Shown: piece after piece, positions 27,982 through 36,429 of the stretch | Layout of the letters: each line of letters opens with the position of its first letter | Position numbering within the stretch: position 1 is the stretch's first letter | Assembly: GCA_023129165.1 (NCBI GenBank) | Contig: JAGMCL010000119.1 | Coordinates: forward strand, 4,714-68,713 | DNA: 64,000 nucleotides | DNA from: a candidate division WOR-3 bacterium | Lineage (GTDB): Bacteria > Hydrothermota > UBA3073 | Direction: 5' to 3' | Made by a program: the position numbers and the translations under genes | The notes under the pieces: model-generated | The model's database searches: none | What the model was told of the DNA's origin: nothing | Seen by the model: the letters and a program-made list of their open reading frames with translations, nothing else

Positions 27982-28855
27982 CGGACAGGGACGAGCCCTG
28001 TGTCCCTACATTAATATCGTTTGTCAGGGTGTAGGGACAACCCTTGTGGTTGTCCGTTTATCGGACAGGGACGAGCCCCCTGTCCCTACATTGGGATTTC
28101 ATCCACCAAACCAGAATATGGGTAATCACTTGCATTTTCTACAATTCCTTTGCGTACTGGATTTTGTAATATATAGTCTACAATTTTAATCAGATTTTCA
28201 TCACTCCTTACAATGTGGTCATAAAAACGTCCCTGCCATAATTTACCTGTTCCCTTATACTTCCAGAATATATGGGTGGATTTACTCTTGAATGCCCCTA
28301 TAAACTGTGAAACTGATATCGGACAGGGACGAGCCCTGTCCCTACATTGGGATCGTTTGTCACGGTGTAGGGACAACCCTTGTGGTTGTCCGTGTTGTTG
28401 GACAAGATTGGGCATCAGAAGCAAGTGGAGGTGATCTGGCATAAGGGAGTAAACAAAAATCAAATATCCCATCCGTCTTCTCTCATAGAGCAAACATTCA
28501 ATAACGCCATTTGCAATGTCATAGTTTTCAAAATACGGAATTTTGTCTTTAGTGCAAATTGTTATTGAATAATGTCGTGCTTCACAATAATCAAATTCTT
28601 TGAGTCTTGGAGATTTTCGTTTTTTTAACTTATTTTTATCCATTACCGTACATTGTTGTGGAACAGATGTTGTAGGGACAACCCTTGTGGTTGTCCGTTT
28701 ATCGGACAGGGACGAGCCCCGTCCCTACATTGCACGAGTTTCGGATACATTGTTGTGAAACAGATGTTGTAGGGACAACCCTCCTACCTACCGTCAGGCA
28801 GGTGTGGTTGTCCGTCTATCTGACAGGGACGAGCCCTGTCCCTACATTGCACAAA
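27982..28855. mobile_element. REPtron: RAYT gene flanked by cognate REP/BIME arrays
   Basis: REP1 (GGACAGGGACGAGCCCTGTCCCTACATT) and REP2 (GTAGGGACAACCCTTGTGGTTGTCCG) occur as composite units. They lie left of the RAYT (27982-28095), inside it (28318-28390) and right of it (28648-28855, in two tandem composite units). Confidence 0.7.
28086..28643 (-). CDS. REP-associated tyrosine transposase (RAYT, IS200/IS605-like Y1 HuH transposase)
   Basis: YSLMPDHLHLLLMP carries the HuH motif. KLWQGRFYDHIVRSDENL...YILQNPVRKGIVENASDYPYSG carries the catalytic Tyr region. The ORF has an in-frame ~75-nt REP insert between the two motifs, and its stop codon lies inside a REP. Confidence 0.65.
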   Translation of the reverse strand: MDKNKLKKRKSPRLKEFDYCEARHYSITICTKDKIPYFENYDIANGVIECLLYERRRMGYLIFVYSLMPDHLHLLLMPNLVQQHGQPQGLSLHRDKRSQCRDRARPCPISVSQFIGAFKSKSTHIFWKYKGTGKLWQGRFYDHIVRSDENLIKIVDYILQNPVRKGIVENASDYPYSGLVDEIPM

Positions 28856-28903
28856 AAAGTAAAAAGGGATGGCAGTAGTTACTGCCATCCCTTTATTTGC
28901 TCC

Positions 28904-31900
28904 CTATCTAATCGCCAAAATTCGTTTTGTCGCTCTAAAGTTGCCTGCAGAGAGCTTGGCGAAGTAAACACCTGCGTGGGGTGGACTCCAGCCAACATTA
29001 TAGAACCCTGCGTTTTGAGTCTCGTCAACGACCGTGCTTACAAGTCTGCCCGATGAGTCATACACCTTCAGCGTCACATCGACATTTTTCGGAATCTGGT
29101 ATCTTATCACGGCATCACCTCTAACAGGGTTTGGTTCGCATCCGCTCAGTGCAAATACCTTGGGTATCTCCTCAGCACCCATCTTGACACCTTCGACGAC
29201 AGTAATCTCCCTCATTGCATAATTATTCTCAAGGTTGGGGTCCTCAAAGGCTGTTTCAATAGTTACTGCAGCAGTGTATAAACCAGGATATAGAATAGGA
29301 ATACCACCCTGGAAATTTACCAGAACACTATCCTGTGGTTCTAAATCCCATATATTTTCAGCCTTAGAACCGATAATATTTCCATCCCCGTCAAACAGCT
29401 TATAGTATACAACAAATGAGATTACCGGGGCATCAGATGGTGCATTGTTAAAGACGCAGATATATGCATCATAAACATCCGGGCATATGAGTGTATCATT
29501 AACAATGTCCGGGTCTCCCTGATTTGGAACCCCACAGCATCCTGCATCGTATGGATACATTTTTGCAGGAATGATATCAAAACTTACATAATATGGACCC
29601 ACACAGTACTGATTATAATAATACCCATTCTTAGGAGGATTCGGTTCTGGCACATCCTCCTTATATGCTATGAGCACATAATAATCACCAGTGTATGGTA
29701 AATCACAGGCAAGATACTCATTGAGATAACCTGCATCAACCCTTGCAATAATATTACCAAGAGAATCAAGAAGAGCGATGGCACAGTCAAGCCAACCACC
29801 AGGACCGTCATCTTCAAGCACATCTACATAGATAGAACCGGCTGCCTCACCTGCAAATCTATAGTAATCAAGGTCACCATACCACTTCCCGATTGATGGG
29901 TCTTTATGTATATAACAGTCCTCAAAATTTGTGCCACTATCAACCTCTGTAGCTTCAAGTAAATTATCATTGGGCTCATGAGGGTCAACTGCTGTATGGT
30001 TCTCTGCTCCAGGTGTTCCGTGGTCACCATCTCCATAGACCTGATAGGCAAGGTCCCAGTTCGTGAGGTCCATATTATCAAGCCCAGGATCCCACAGCTC
30101 AGCAGATGCACCATTAGGGTCGTACCAATCAGGGTCATTTTGGTCGTAGTATACACTGTCTATAATAATACCGTTGTATTCAAGAATTATCTCATCTGCA
30201 CTGTTGCTGAGGTACCAACCGTCACCGTAATCGTAATCACAAATATATCCACCATTTGTAGCAAAGTCACCATTACAGCCAAGAACAACATAACCACCCG
30301 CTTGTATGATAAGTTCTGTCTTTCCATCACCTACATCAATCACATGATAGTCATAATCTGCATCTCTAATAACCCAACCATTTATATCTATTGGTTCTGC
30401 AGATGGATTATATATCTCGAACCACTCTCCTTCACTGTCGTAAACCTTCCTCGGATTATTCATTATCTCGGTTATAACAGGACACTGCGGTTCACCCTCT
30501 ATAGTCACATTATCAATCATCCAGTAGTAGCCCCATTCTCCAGCATCATTAAAATAGAACCTTAATCTGACATCAGATACACCACTTGCTATGGATGAAA
30601 TATCCTCATCGCTCACAGCATAGAAATTGCCTCCTACAAAATGCAGGATATTGATCCAGGTAACACCACCATCCACAGATATATCTACATCTCCGTAATC
30701 ATCGTAGAAGGAGTAACTATGAAAATATGAGCTGAAGCTTAAATTGAGTTTAGAGTAACCAGAGCAGTCTATAGATGGGGATATAAGCTCCGTTTCTACA
30801 TCAACGCCTGATCCTGCTTCGTCATCATCTGCTATCATAAAGGGTTCAGCACAACCACCTTCGGGGGACCTTCCTCCAGGATTAGTAGTAGTCCATGGCC
30901 AACCTGATCCAGCAATATCATTTACTGTCCATCCACATGGAGGGTCTCCTTCAGAGAAATCCTCATAAAAAACTACAACTGGTGTACATATAGAGGCATA
31001 ATACGAACCCCAGAGTGTATCATTTGATGGATCTTCGTCACCATTCTTTCCCAGAAAAAGTTCAGTGAATACCTCTGTTGTGAATGCACCCTGGCTTGTA
31101 ATTATGTCAGAGAAATTTACTGTCTGTGTCGCCCCGCCTCCAAGTTCTGTAACTGTCTGTGTCTCGGTATATATTTGTGCCCTCGTCTCATAATCATATA
31201 TATTATATGTGACATCAAATGTTTCTGTTTCTGCTCTGAAGTTCTCAACAATCGCTACGGGTGTCACTGTTTCACCAATACTATACATTCCTGTTGGTGC
31301 CAGTATAGATGTAACACCCACATCGTGACCTGCCAACAAATAAGTCCAGTAGGTTAGAGGAAACTCGATATAATAACCACCATAATAGCCATCATCGGGA
31401 GTTAATTCGTCAGGATTGTAGTCATCTGAATAACCGAATGCAGTCACATTGACAGAGCTTGAACTATTATCTCCCACGATATAATGTGTTGACACATAGG
31501 TACCTGTCCAGTCCTCAATCACCAAAAGAAGATTGGATACGCCATCATAAGAAAATGGTGGAACCAGTGGAATCTCCGTAACACCACCATTTAACCAGCT
31601 AACATCTCCCTCGAATACAAGAGGAGGGTTGGTAAGGTACCCGGAACCATCGAATGACGTTTCTACTGTTGTCCCGAGAAATATCTTAAGATGCCTGGTT
31701 GGACTGTTGGCAAAACTATAGAAGCCAATTTTACTGATATCACACGGGAAATCCATCATCCAGTCTGAATGGTATATTACCTGAGATTTGCAAAAATTGT
31801 AATATGCATAATCCCAGATGTACCAACCATATCCTGACCACACTCCTGACTGCCATGTTGCTCTATCAGGTTCGAGTTTCGGGGTACTATTTAACTCCAT

Positions 31901-31999
31901 CTTTAAAGGACCCTCAACTTTCTCTGCACCAATATCTGCTGCAGAAAGGGTAAAAGCAACCAGTATAAGAGCAAGAAAGGCGGCACTCACTTTTTTCAT
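28904..31999 (-). CDS. T9SS cargo protein with CARDB-like and lamin-tail (LTD) domains
   Basis: Start set at MKKVSAAFLALILVAF, with an AGGAGGT RBS. HDVGVTSILAPTGMYSIGETV... is CARDB-like. ITEIMNNPRKVYDSEGEWFEIYN...INGWVIRD is LTD-like. The C-terminus ...VTLKVYDSSGRLVSTVVDE...GVYFAKLSAGNFRATKRILAIR is a T9SS CTD. Confidence 0.6.
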   Translation of the reverse strand: MKKVSAAFLALILVAFTLSAADIGAEKVEGPLKMELNSTPKLEPDRATWQSGVWSGYGWYIWDYAYYNFCKSQVIYHSDWMMDFPCDISKIGFYSFANSPTRHLKIFLGTTVETSFDGSGYLTNPPLVFEGDVSWLNGGVTEIPLVPPFSYDGVSNLLLVIEDWTGTYVSTHYIVGDNSSSSVNVTAFGYSDDYNPDELTPDDGYYGGYYIEFPLTYWTYLLAGHDVGVTSILAPTGMYSIGETVTPVAIVENFRAETETFDVTYNIYDYETRAQIYTETQTVTELGGGATQTVNFSDIITSQGAFTTEVFTELFLGKNGDEDPSNDTLWGSYYASICTPVVVFYEDFSEGDPPCGWTVNDIAGSGWPWTTTNPGGRSPEGGCAEPFMIADDDEAGSGVDVETELISPSIDCSGYSKLNLSFSSYFHSYSFYDDYGDVDISVDGGVTWINILHFVGGNFYAVSDEDISSIASGVSDVRLRFYFNDAGEWGYYWMIDNVTIEGEPQCPVITEIMNNPRKVYDSEGEWFEIYNPSAEPIDINGWVIRDADYDYHVIDVGDGKTELIIQAGGYVVLGCNGDFATNGGYICDYDYGDGWYLSNSADEIILEYNGIIIDSVYYDQNDPDWYDPNGASAELWDPGLDNMDLTNWDLAYQVYGDGDHGTPGAENHTAVDPHEPNDNLLEATEVDSGTNFEDCYIHKDPSIGKWYGDLDYYRFAGEAAGSIYVDVLEDDGPGGWLDCAIALLDSLGNIIARVDAGYLNEYLACDLPYTGDYYVLIAYKEDVPEPNPPKNGYYYNQYCVGPYYVSFDIIPAKMYPYDAGCCGVPNQGDPDIVNDTLICPDVYDAYICVFNNAPSDAPVISFVVYYKLFDGDGNIIGSKAENIWDLEPQDSVLVNFQGGIPILYPGLYTAAVTIETAFEDPNLENNYAMREITVVEGVKMGAEEIPKVFALSGCEPNPVRGDAVIRYQIPKNVDVTLKVYDSSGRLVSTVVDETQNAGFYNVGWSPPHAGVYFAKLSAGNFRATKRILAIR

Positions 32000-32015
32000 T
32001 CTGACCTCCTTTGTT

Positions 32016-32040
32016 ATAAAAGGTAGTGGGAGGGGTTTTA
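32016..32040 (-). terminator. intrinsic terminator after paralog A
   Basis: GTGGGAGGGG-ttTTa-CCCCTCCCAC forms a 10-bp perfect stem. On the minus strand it is followed by uaCCUUUUAU. It lies between the stop of the 32062 gene and the RBS of the 31999 gene. Confidence 0.6.
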
Positions 32041-32061
32041 CCCCTCCCACTATTATCTCAT

Positions 32062-35000
32062 TTATTCAATAACAATCAATTTCTTTGTTGCTTTGAAGTT
32101 ACCAGCAGAGAGTTTATAGAAGTATATGCCTCTTGCAACCCTGTTACCTGCCTCATCCGTGAGGTTCCAATCAGCATTCTTGTATCCGGCTGTCTCTTCT
32201 CCACTTACAAGCGTCTTTACTACCCTTCCTGTTATATCATATACCATCAAATCAACTCTTGAGGCTTTTGGAAGTCCGTATGAAATACTCACTCTGCCCA
32301 TGGCAGGATTCGGATAACTCTGAGAAAGGAAGTATACCTCCGGTGCCTCATCAACAGCCATCTTTCCTCCACCAACTGTAACCTCTATCTCCATTACATT
32401 ATTATCATAAAGAATTGGTGGTTCAAACGCATTCTGTATAAAGGCACGTAACGTATAAGTATCCTCTGCAGGCACCCAGTCCGTTGAGAACCAGACAGTC
32501 CTTACGCCACGCGGCTCAAGGTTTCTTACATCTTCGGAACTCGAATAGACTATGTTACCTTCAGAATTAATTACCTTCATATATACCCTGAAATTCGCTA
32601 CAGGGCCAATCGGGTTGTTCTCAACTACGGCACATAGATGTACTGCTTGCCCCGGCTGTATCTCATCAAACCCGGGCTGGGAACATATACTATTAACCCA
32701 TGTATCATAGGGCATATGTCCGGTAAGACCTGAACCTGACACATCATCTATATACCAACCAGGATACGGAACAGAGGCATCGGAACCAAAATGCCACCTG
32801 ATAAAGAAGACATCACCTTCATTCACATAAGATGAAATGTCAAAATTTGCAATCTGCCATGAGGTCTCCGAACCTGTGTAACACGGTTCACCAGGAATAC
32901 CCTCATTATCGCTAGATGCTTCATCCTCTGGATAATCTCCATCCGGGTATATTATCTGCCAGGTAGTACCACCATCCGTAGATATCTTGACATTACCACC
33001 ATCAAAGTAACCCTCTATATCATACCAGTGATAGAAAGAGAGGACAGGCTCATCAGAGAGCGTGTAGAAGTCCTTTTCAAGTCTGTAGTCAGCATAGTCT
33101 TCATAATCACCAGCGAGTACCGTTGCCCAGAGATATTCTCCAGAATGGGCAGCACCAGGACCAGATGTTGGAGCACCCCACTGCCAGCCTATCGAACCGT
33201 TTTCATTATAGGCATCAAACCCACCATCAGTGACATCAAACCCTTCATACCAGCCATAGACCGAGAATACCATACTTAGTGTGTCGTTTAACGGATTGAC
33301 ATCTTCTGGACAGGATGCTATAGCAGTAGCAGTATACGTACCCTCAATGGCAAGCCATGTAGTAAATGCTACTGTGTCCCATACATTCGGTCCAACAGTT
33401 ACACTTACATCATCGTAGTATATGCTGCTGCCATTCTCGAACATCTCAAAACTGACCGGGAATATCTCCTGTGTATTACCCCTGTTTACAACCACTACCT
33501 GAGGAGTAATAATATCACCATCAGTAGCTCCTGCAGCCGGTGAGATGATGGCGTTTACCTCGACGTCGTGCTCAGGAACAATCACAGAAATACCGGTTCC
33601 CATAATATAATCAATATACCACTCGTCTGCATAATCACCCTCATATTTAATAGCTATATATCCTGATAGACCACTATATGCGGATAGATCAATGGGACCA
33701 TATAATGTCCAGGCTCCTGAACCAGCAGGTATTACCTCTACCTCGACAAAATCACCATCTGCAGGGTCCGGGCTTCCTGTTGATACCCACAGACCATGAT
33801 ACTCATAAAATGACCCATAATATTGATATTGATAGAACGATAGGTTAGCACCAGAACCAAATTCAAACAGAGGGCTAACAAACCAGTCTTCACAGTTATT
33901 GGAAACATCATCATCATCATGCCAGGCACCATAAGTCCCCTCATAAGGACCAGGGTCACCCCAACTGCCAGGAACGCCTGAGTAGTATAACTGCCACCCG
34001 TTATTGCCTGCAACATCTCCGGTCATGTATGTCTCCCAGCCATAGGGCGGCCAGTCGCCGGACTCAAAGTCCTCTACATAACTTATTGCACCAAATGTTG
34101 AAGTGGCTGTATCATTTGCAGGATTTTCGTCAATATCAAGGTCGGTATAGGAAATTGCCTCATATGAACCCTCTTCTACTGTAAAGTCCGGGAATACGAG
34201 TGTATCAATAACACCGGGTGAGAGTGTTGTATTTATCACCTCTGAATATATCTCAACCTCGGCACCATCATAAATCTTGAAATATGTGTCAAATGTCTCT
34301 GCATTAGCTCCAAAATTCTTTATCCTCGTTCTGGGAGCAACCACTGTACCTGCTGTGTATGTTCCTGATGGCTCGATTATCGAGAGAGCACCAACATCAT
34401 GTTCAGGTGGAGGACCATACTCAACAACACACCTAATTAGCCAGTCACCCTCTACGTCAGTATCTATAGCATAGACGCCATCATAATAATCCCAGGAACA
34501 TCCTGCAGGGGCATTAACCACTGCATCTATTCCAATACCGGGACAGTTTGGATAATTTCCTTCCTGGATATAGAAGATATAAAAATCACCATCGGATATT
34601 ACAATGTTTTCAGAAGTAAGGTCTTCATAGTTCCATGCCCCTCTGACTCCAGTCAGAACAGGGGAATCGTAAAGAACGGTTCCCGGAGCACCACCAGTCC
34701 CATCATCATCCAACAACCTCACCCTGTAATAATCACTACCTGGAGATGGCCAAGAGTCTGGATATAGGAATACGATACTACCGTTGATATTGGCTGGATA
34801 GGAGGTTGGTGTGAGTTTAAATCCCCAACCATTGCCACCATCATAATATGCCCATCCATTGTAATATACACCATCATCGTAATACAGTGTGTCTGGAGGA
34901 ATATAATCACTTACTTCAAATGCACCCTCAAGGGTGTCATTGGAAGGCTCCTCATCTCCAACAAGCCCCGTGTAGGCTAAGGTCGTATATGTACCAAGCA

Positions 35001-36018
35001 CAGTCGTATATGCAGCAAAGTCCACGGTCTGTGTTGCTCCTGAATTAACAGTAACAGACTGAGTCTCTGTATAAACCTCAGCCTCGGTATCATCAAATAT
35101 CTTGAATGTTGCATCGAATGTCTCATCATTACCACCGAAGTTCTCCACCTCTATACTCGGGGTAACAGATACATCTGGTAGATATGTGCCTACAGGTTCA
35201 TATATCGCTGTTACACCAACATCATGCTCTGCAAGATAACCCACCTCAATATCATCTATAATCCATATATACCACAATCCATCATTGGTTGGTCCATCCA
35301 CGGCCTGCCAGGCAAGCTTTATTGTCTGTCCTGCATATGCAGAAAGGTCTATAACATAGGGAAAATCCCATGCATTCCAGTCATTGCCTGTAAGGGTACT
35401 CAAATCAAGTAGAACATCCCACGTAGAACCCCCATCAGTAGACGCCTTGACATAATAGTGGTCAAAATTGGTCGAACCCTCGTATCCATATGTCCAGAAT
35501 GATACGTAATATGCACCTGAACCAGAACCAGTAAGTACAATATCAGACGTTATAATCCACTCATCCTGATGGTCATAGGACCACCACAAACCAGCTGCAT
35601 ATGTACCAGTATGCATATCATAGTCAGTTTGACTCCAGAACCCTGGAATAGACGCGCTCTGATCTGTGCAGGTCTGAATAAGTGTCCACCCTGTTGGCGG
35701 CCACGCTCCCTCAAAACCTTCAGTCAGTATCACTGCCTTCTCAGATTCACTGCGCGTGCCAATCACAGCCTCCGTCCTCTTTACCTCTGGACCCACATCA
35801 GCAGGATTCCTCGCTGTTCCTTTTGACTCGAACAAGGCAGGAGGAGCAGCCAACTTAACCTCTTGTCGGATACTCTCTGATGCCCTAATCTCTTCTTCTA
35901 ACTTCATCCTCTGTTCCAAAGGGAGTTTTGAAACCTCCTCACTTGTCATAGCAAAAAGAACTCCTGAAAATGCTACCAACGCTATGACCGCTGATACCAA
36001 CAATATCTTCCCCCTCAT
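32062..36018 (-). CDS. T9SS cargo protein, paralog A (MAM/CARDB-like repeats)
   Basis: 1318 aa. AAAGGAGG RBS. Signal peptide MRGKILLVSAVIALVAFSGVLFA. EGFEGAWPPTGW-type modules alternate with EHDVGVTAIYEPVGTY...VENFGGNDETFD CARDB-like modules. The C-terminus ...VDLMVYDITGRVVKTLVSGE...GIYFYKLSAGNFKATKKLIVIE is a T9SS CTD. Confidence 0.6.
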   Translation of the reverse strand: MRGKILLVSAVIALVAFSGVLFAMTSEEVSKLPLEQRMKLEEEIRASESIRQEVKLAAPPALFESKGTARNPADVGPEVKRTEAVIGTRSESEKAVILTEGFEGAWPPTGWTLIQTCTDQSASIPGFWSQTDYDMHTGTYAAGLWWSYDHQDEWIITSDIVLTGSGSGAYYVSFWTYGYEGSTNFDHYYVKASTDGGSTWDVLLDLSTLTGNDWNAWDFPYVIDLSAYAGQTIKLAWQAVDGPTNDGLWYIWIIDDIEVGYLAEHDVGVTAIYEPVGTYLPDVSVTPSIEVENFGGNDETFDATFKIFDDTEAEVYTETQSVTVNSGATQTVDFAAYTTVLGTYTTLAYTGLVGDEEPSNDTLEGAFEVSDYIPPDTLYYDDGVYYNGWAYYDGGNGWGFKLTPTSYPANINGSIVFLYPDSWPSPGSDYYRVRLLDDDGTGGAPGTVLYDSPVLTGVRGAWNYEDLTSENIVISDGDFYIFYIQEGNYPNCPGIGIDAVVNAPAGCSWDYYDGVYAIDTDVEGDWLIRCVVEYGPPPEHDVGALSIIEPSGTYTAGTVVAPRTRIKNFGANAETFDTYFKIYDGAEVEIYSEVINTTLSPGVIDTLVFPDFTVEEGSYEAISYTDLDIDENPANDTATSTFGAISYVEDFESGDWPPYGWETYMTGDVAGNNGWQLYYSGVPGSWGDPGPYEGTYGAWHDDDDVSNNCEDWFVSPLFEFGSGANLSFYQYQYYGSFYEYHGLWVSTGSPDPADGDFVEVEVIPAGSGAWTLYGPIDLSAYSGLSGYIAIKYEGDYADEWYIDYIMGTGISVIVPEHDVEVNAIISPAAGATDGDIITPQVVVVNRGNTQEIFPVSFEMFENGSSIYYDDVSVTVGPNVWDTVAFTTWLAIEGTYTATAIASCPEDVNPLNDTLSMVFSVYGWYEGFDVTDGGFDAYNENGSIGWQWGAPTSGPGAAHSGEYLWATVLAGDYEDYADYRLEKDFYTLSDEPVLSFYHWYDIEGYFDGGNVKISTDGGTTWQIIYPDGDYPEDEASSDNEGIPGEPCYTGSETSWQIANFDISSYVNEGDVFFIRWHFGSDASVPYPGWYIDDVSGSGLTGHMPYDTWVNSICSQPGFDEIQPGQAVHLCAVVENNPIGPVANFRVYMKVINSEGNIVYSSSEDVRNLEPRGVRTVWFSTDWVPAEDTYTLRAFIQNAFEPPILYDNNVMEIEVTVGGGKMAVDEAPEVYFLSQSYPNPAMGRVSISYGLPKASRVDLMVYDITGRVVKTLVSGEETAGYKNADWNLTDEAGNRVARGIYFYKLSAGNFKATKKLIVIE

Positions 36019-36388
36019 AAAACCTCCTTTCTTATACCTCGCATCAAATTTAAAAAAATATAATTATCGGGGTTAGGAAACCCCTCCTACATTATTACTA
36101 AAAATAAACATCTAATCGGGGTTAGGAAACCCCTCCTACATTATTATGTAAAAAATACCTACTTTGTAGGGCAAGGCTTTAGCCTTGCAAATCACAGCAA
36201 ACCTAAAGGTTTGCCCTACTTTGCGGTCTCTTTGAACTATTGCGAAAAATATCTCAATTCATAGAGCAGGGTTTTAGTCTCCTGCTTCGTAGGGCAAGGC
36301 TTTAGCCTTGCAACTCATAGCAAACCTAAAGGTTTGCCCTACAGTTTAAGATTATACCTATAATAAGAATAATTTTTTCCCTAAGTCA

Positions 36389-36420
36389 GGGTGGTGCTCC
36401 GTATATGCGGAGCACCACCC
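36389..36420. other. 13-bp perfect stem-loop 9 nt downstream of paralog B stop (possible terminator or stability element)
   Basis: GGGTGGTGCTCCG-tatatg-CGGAGCACCACCC. There is no uridine tract immediately 3' on the minus strand, so terminator status is uncertain. Confidence 0.4.
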
Positions 36421-36429
36421 GCTAAGATT

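Noticed and set aside
27982-28855. Possible CRISPR array, suggested by the regularly recurring GGACAGGGACGAGCCCTGTCC repeats
   Set aside because: The repeats are palindromic REP hairpins in composite doublets with irregular spacing and no unique spacers. They flank a RAYT transposase, not cas genes.
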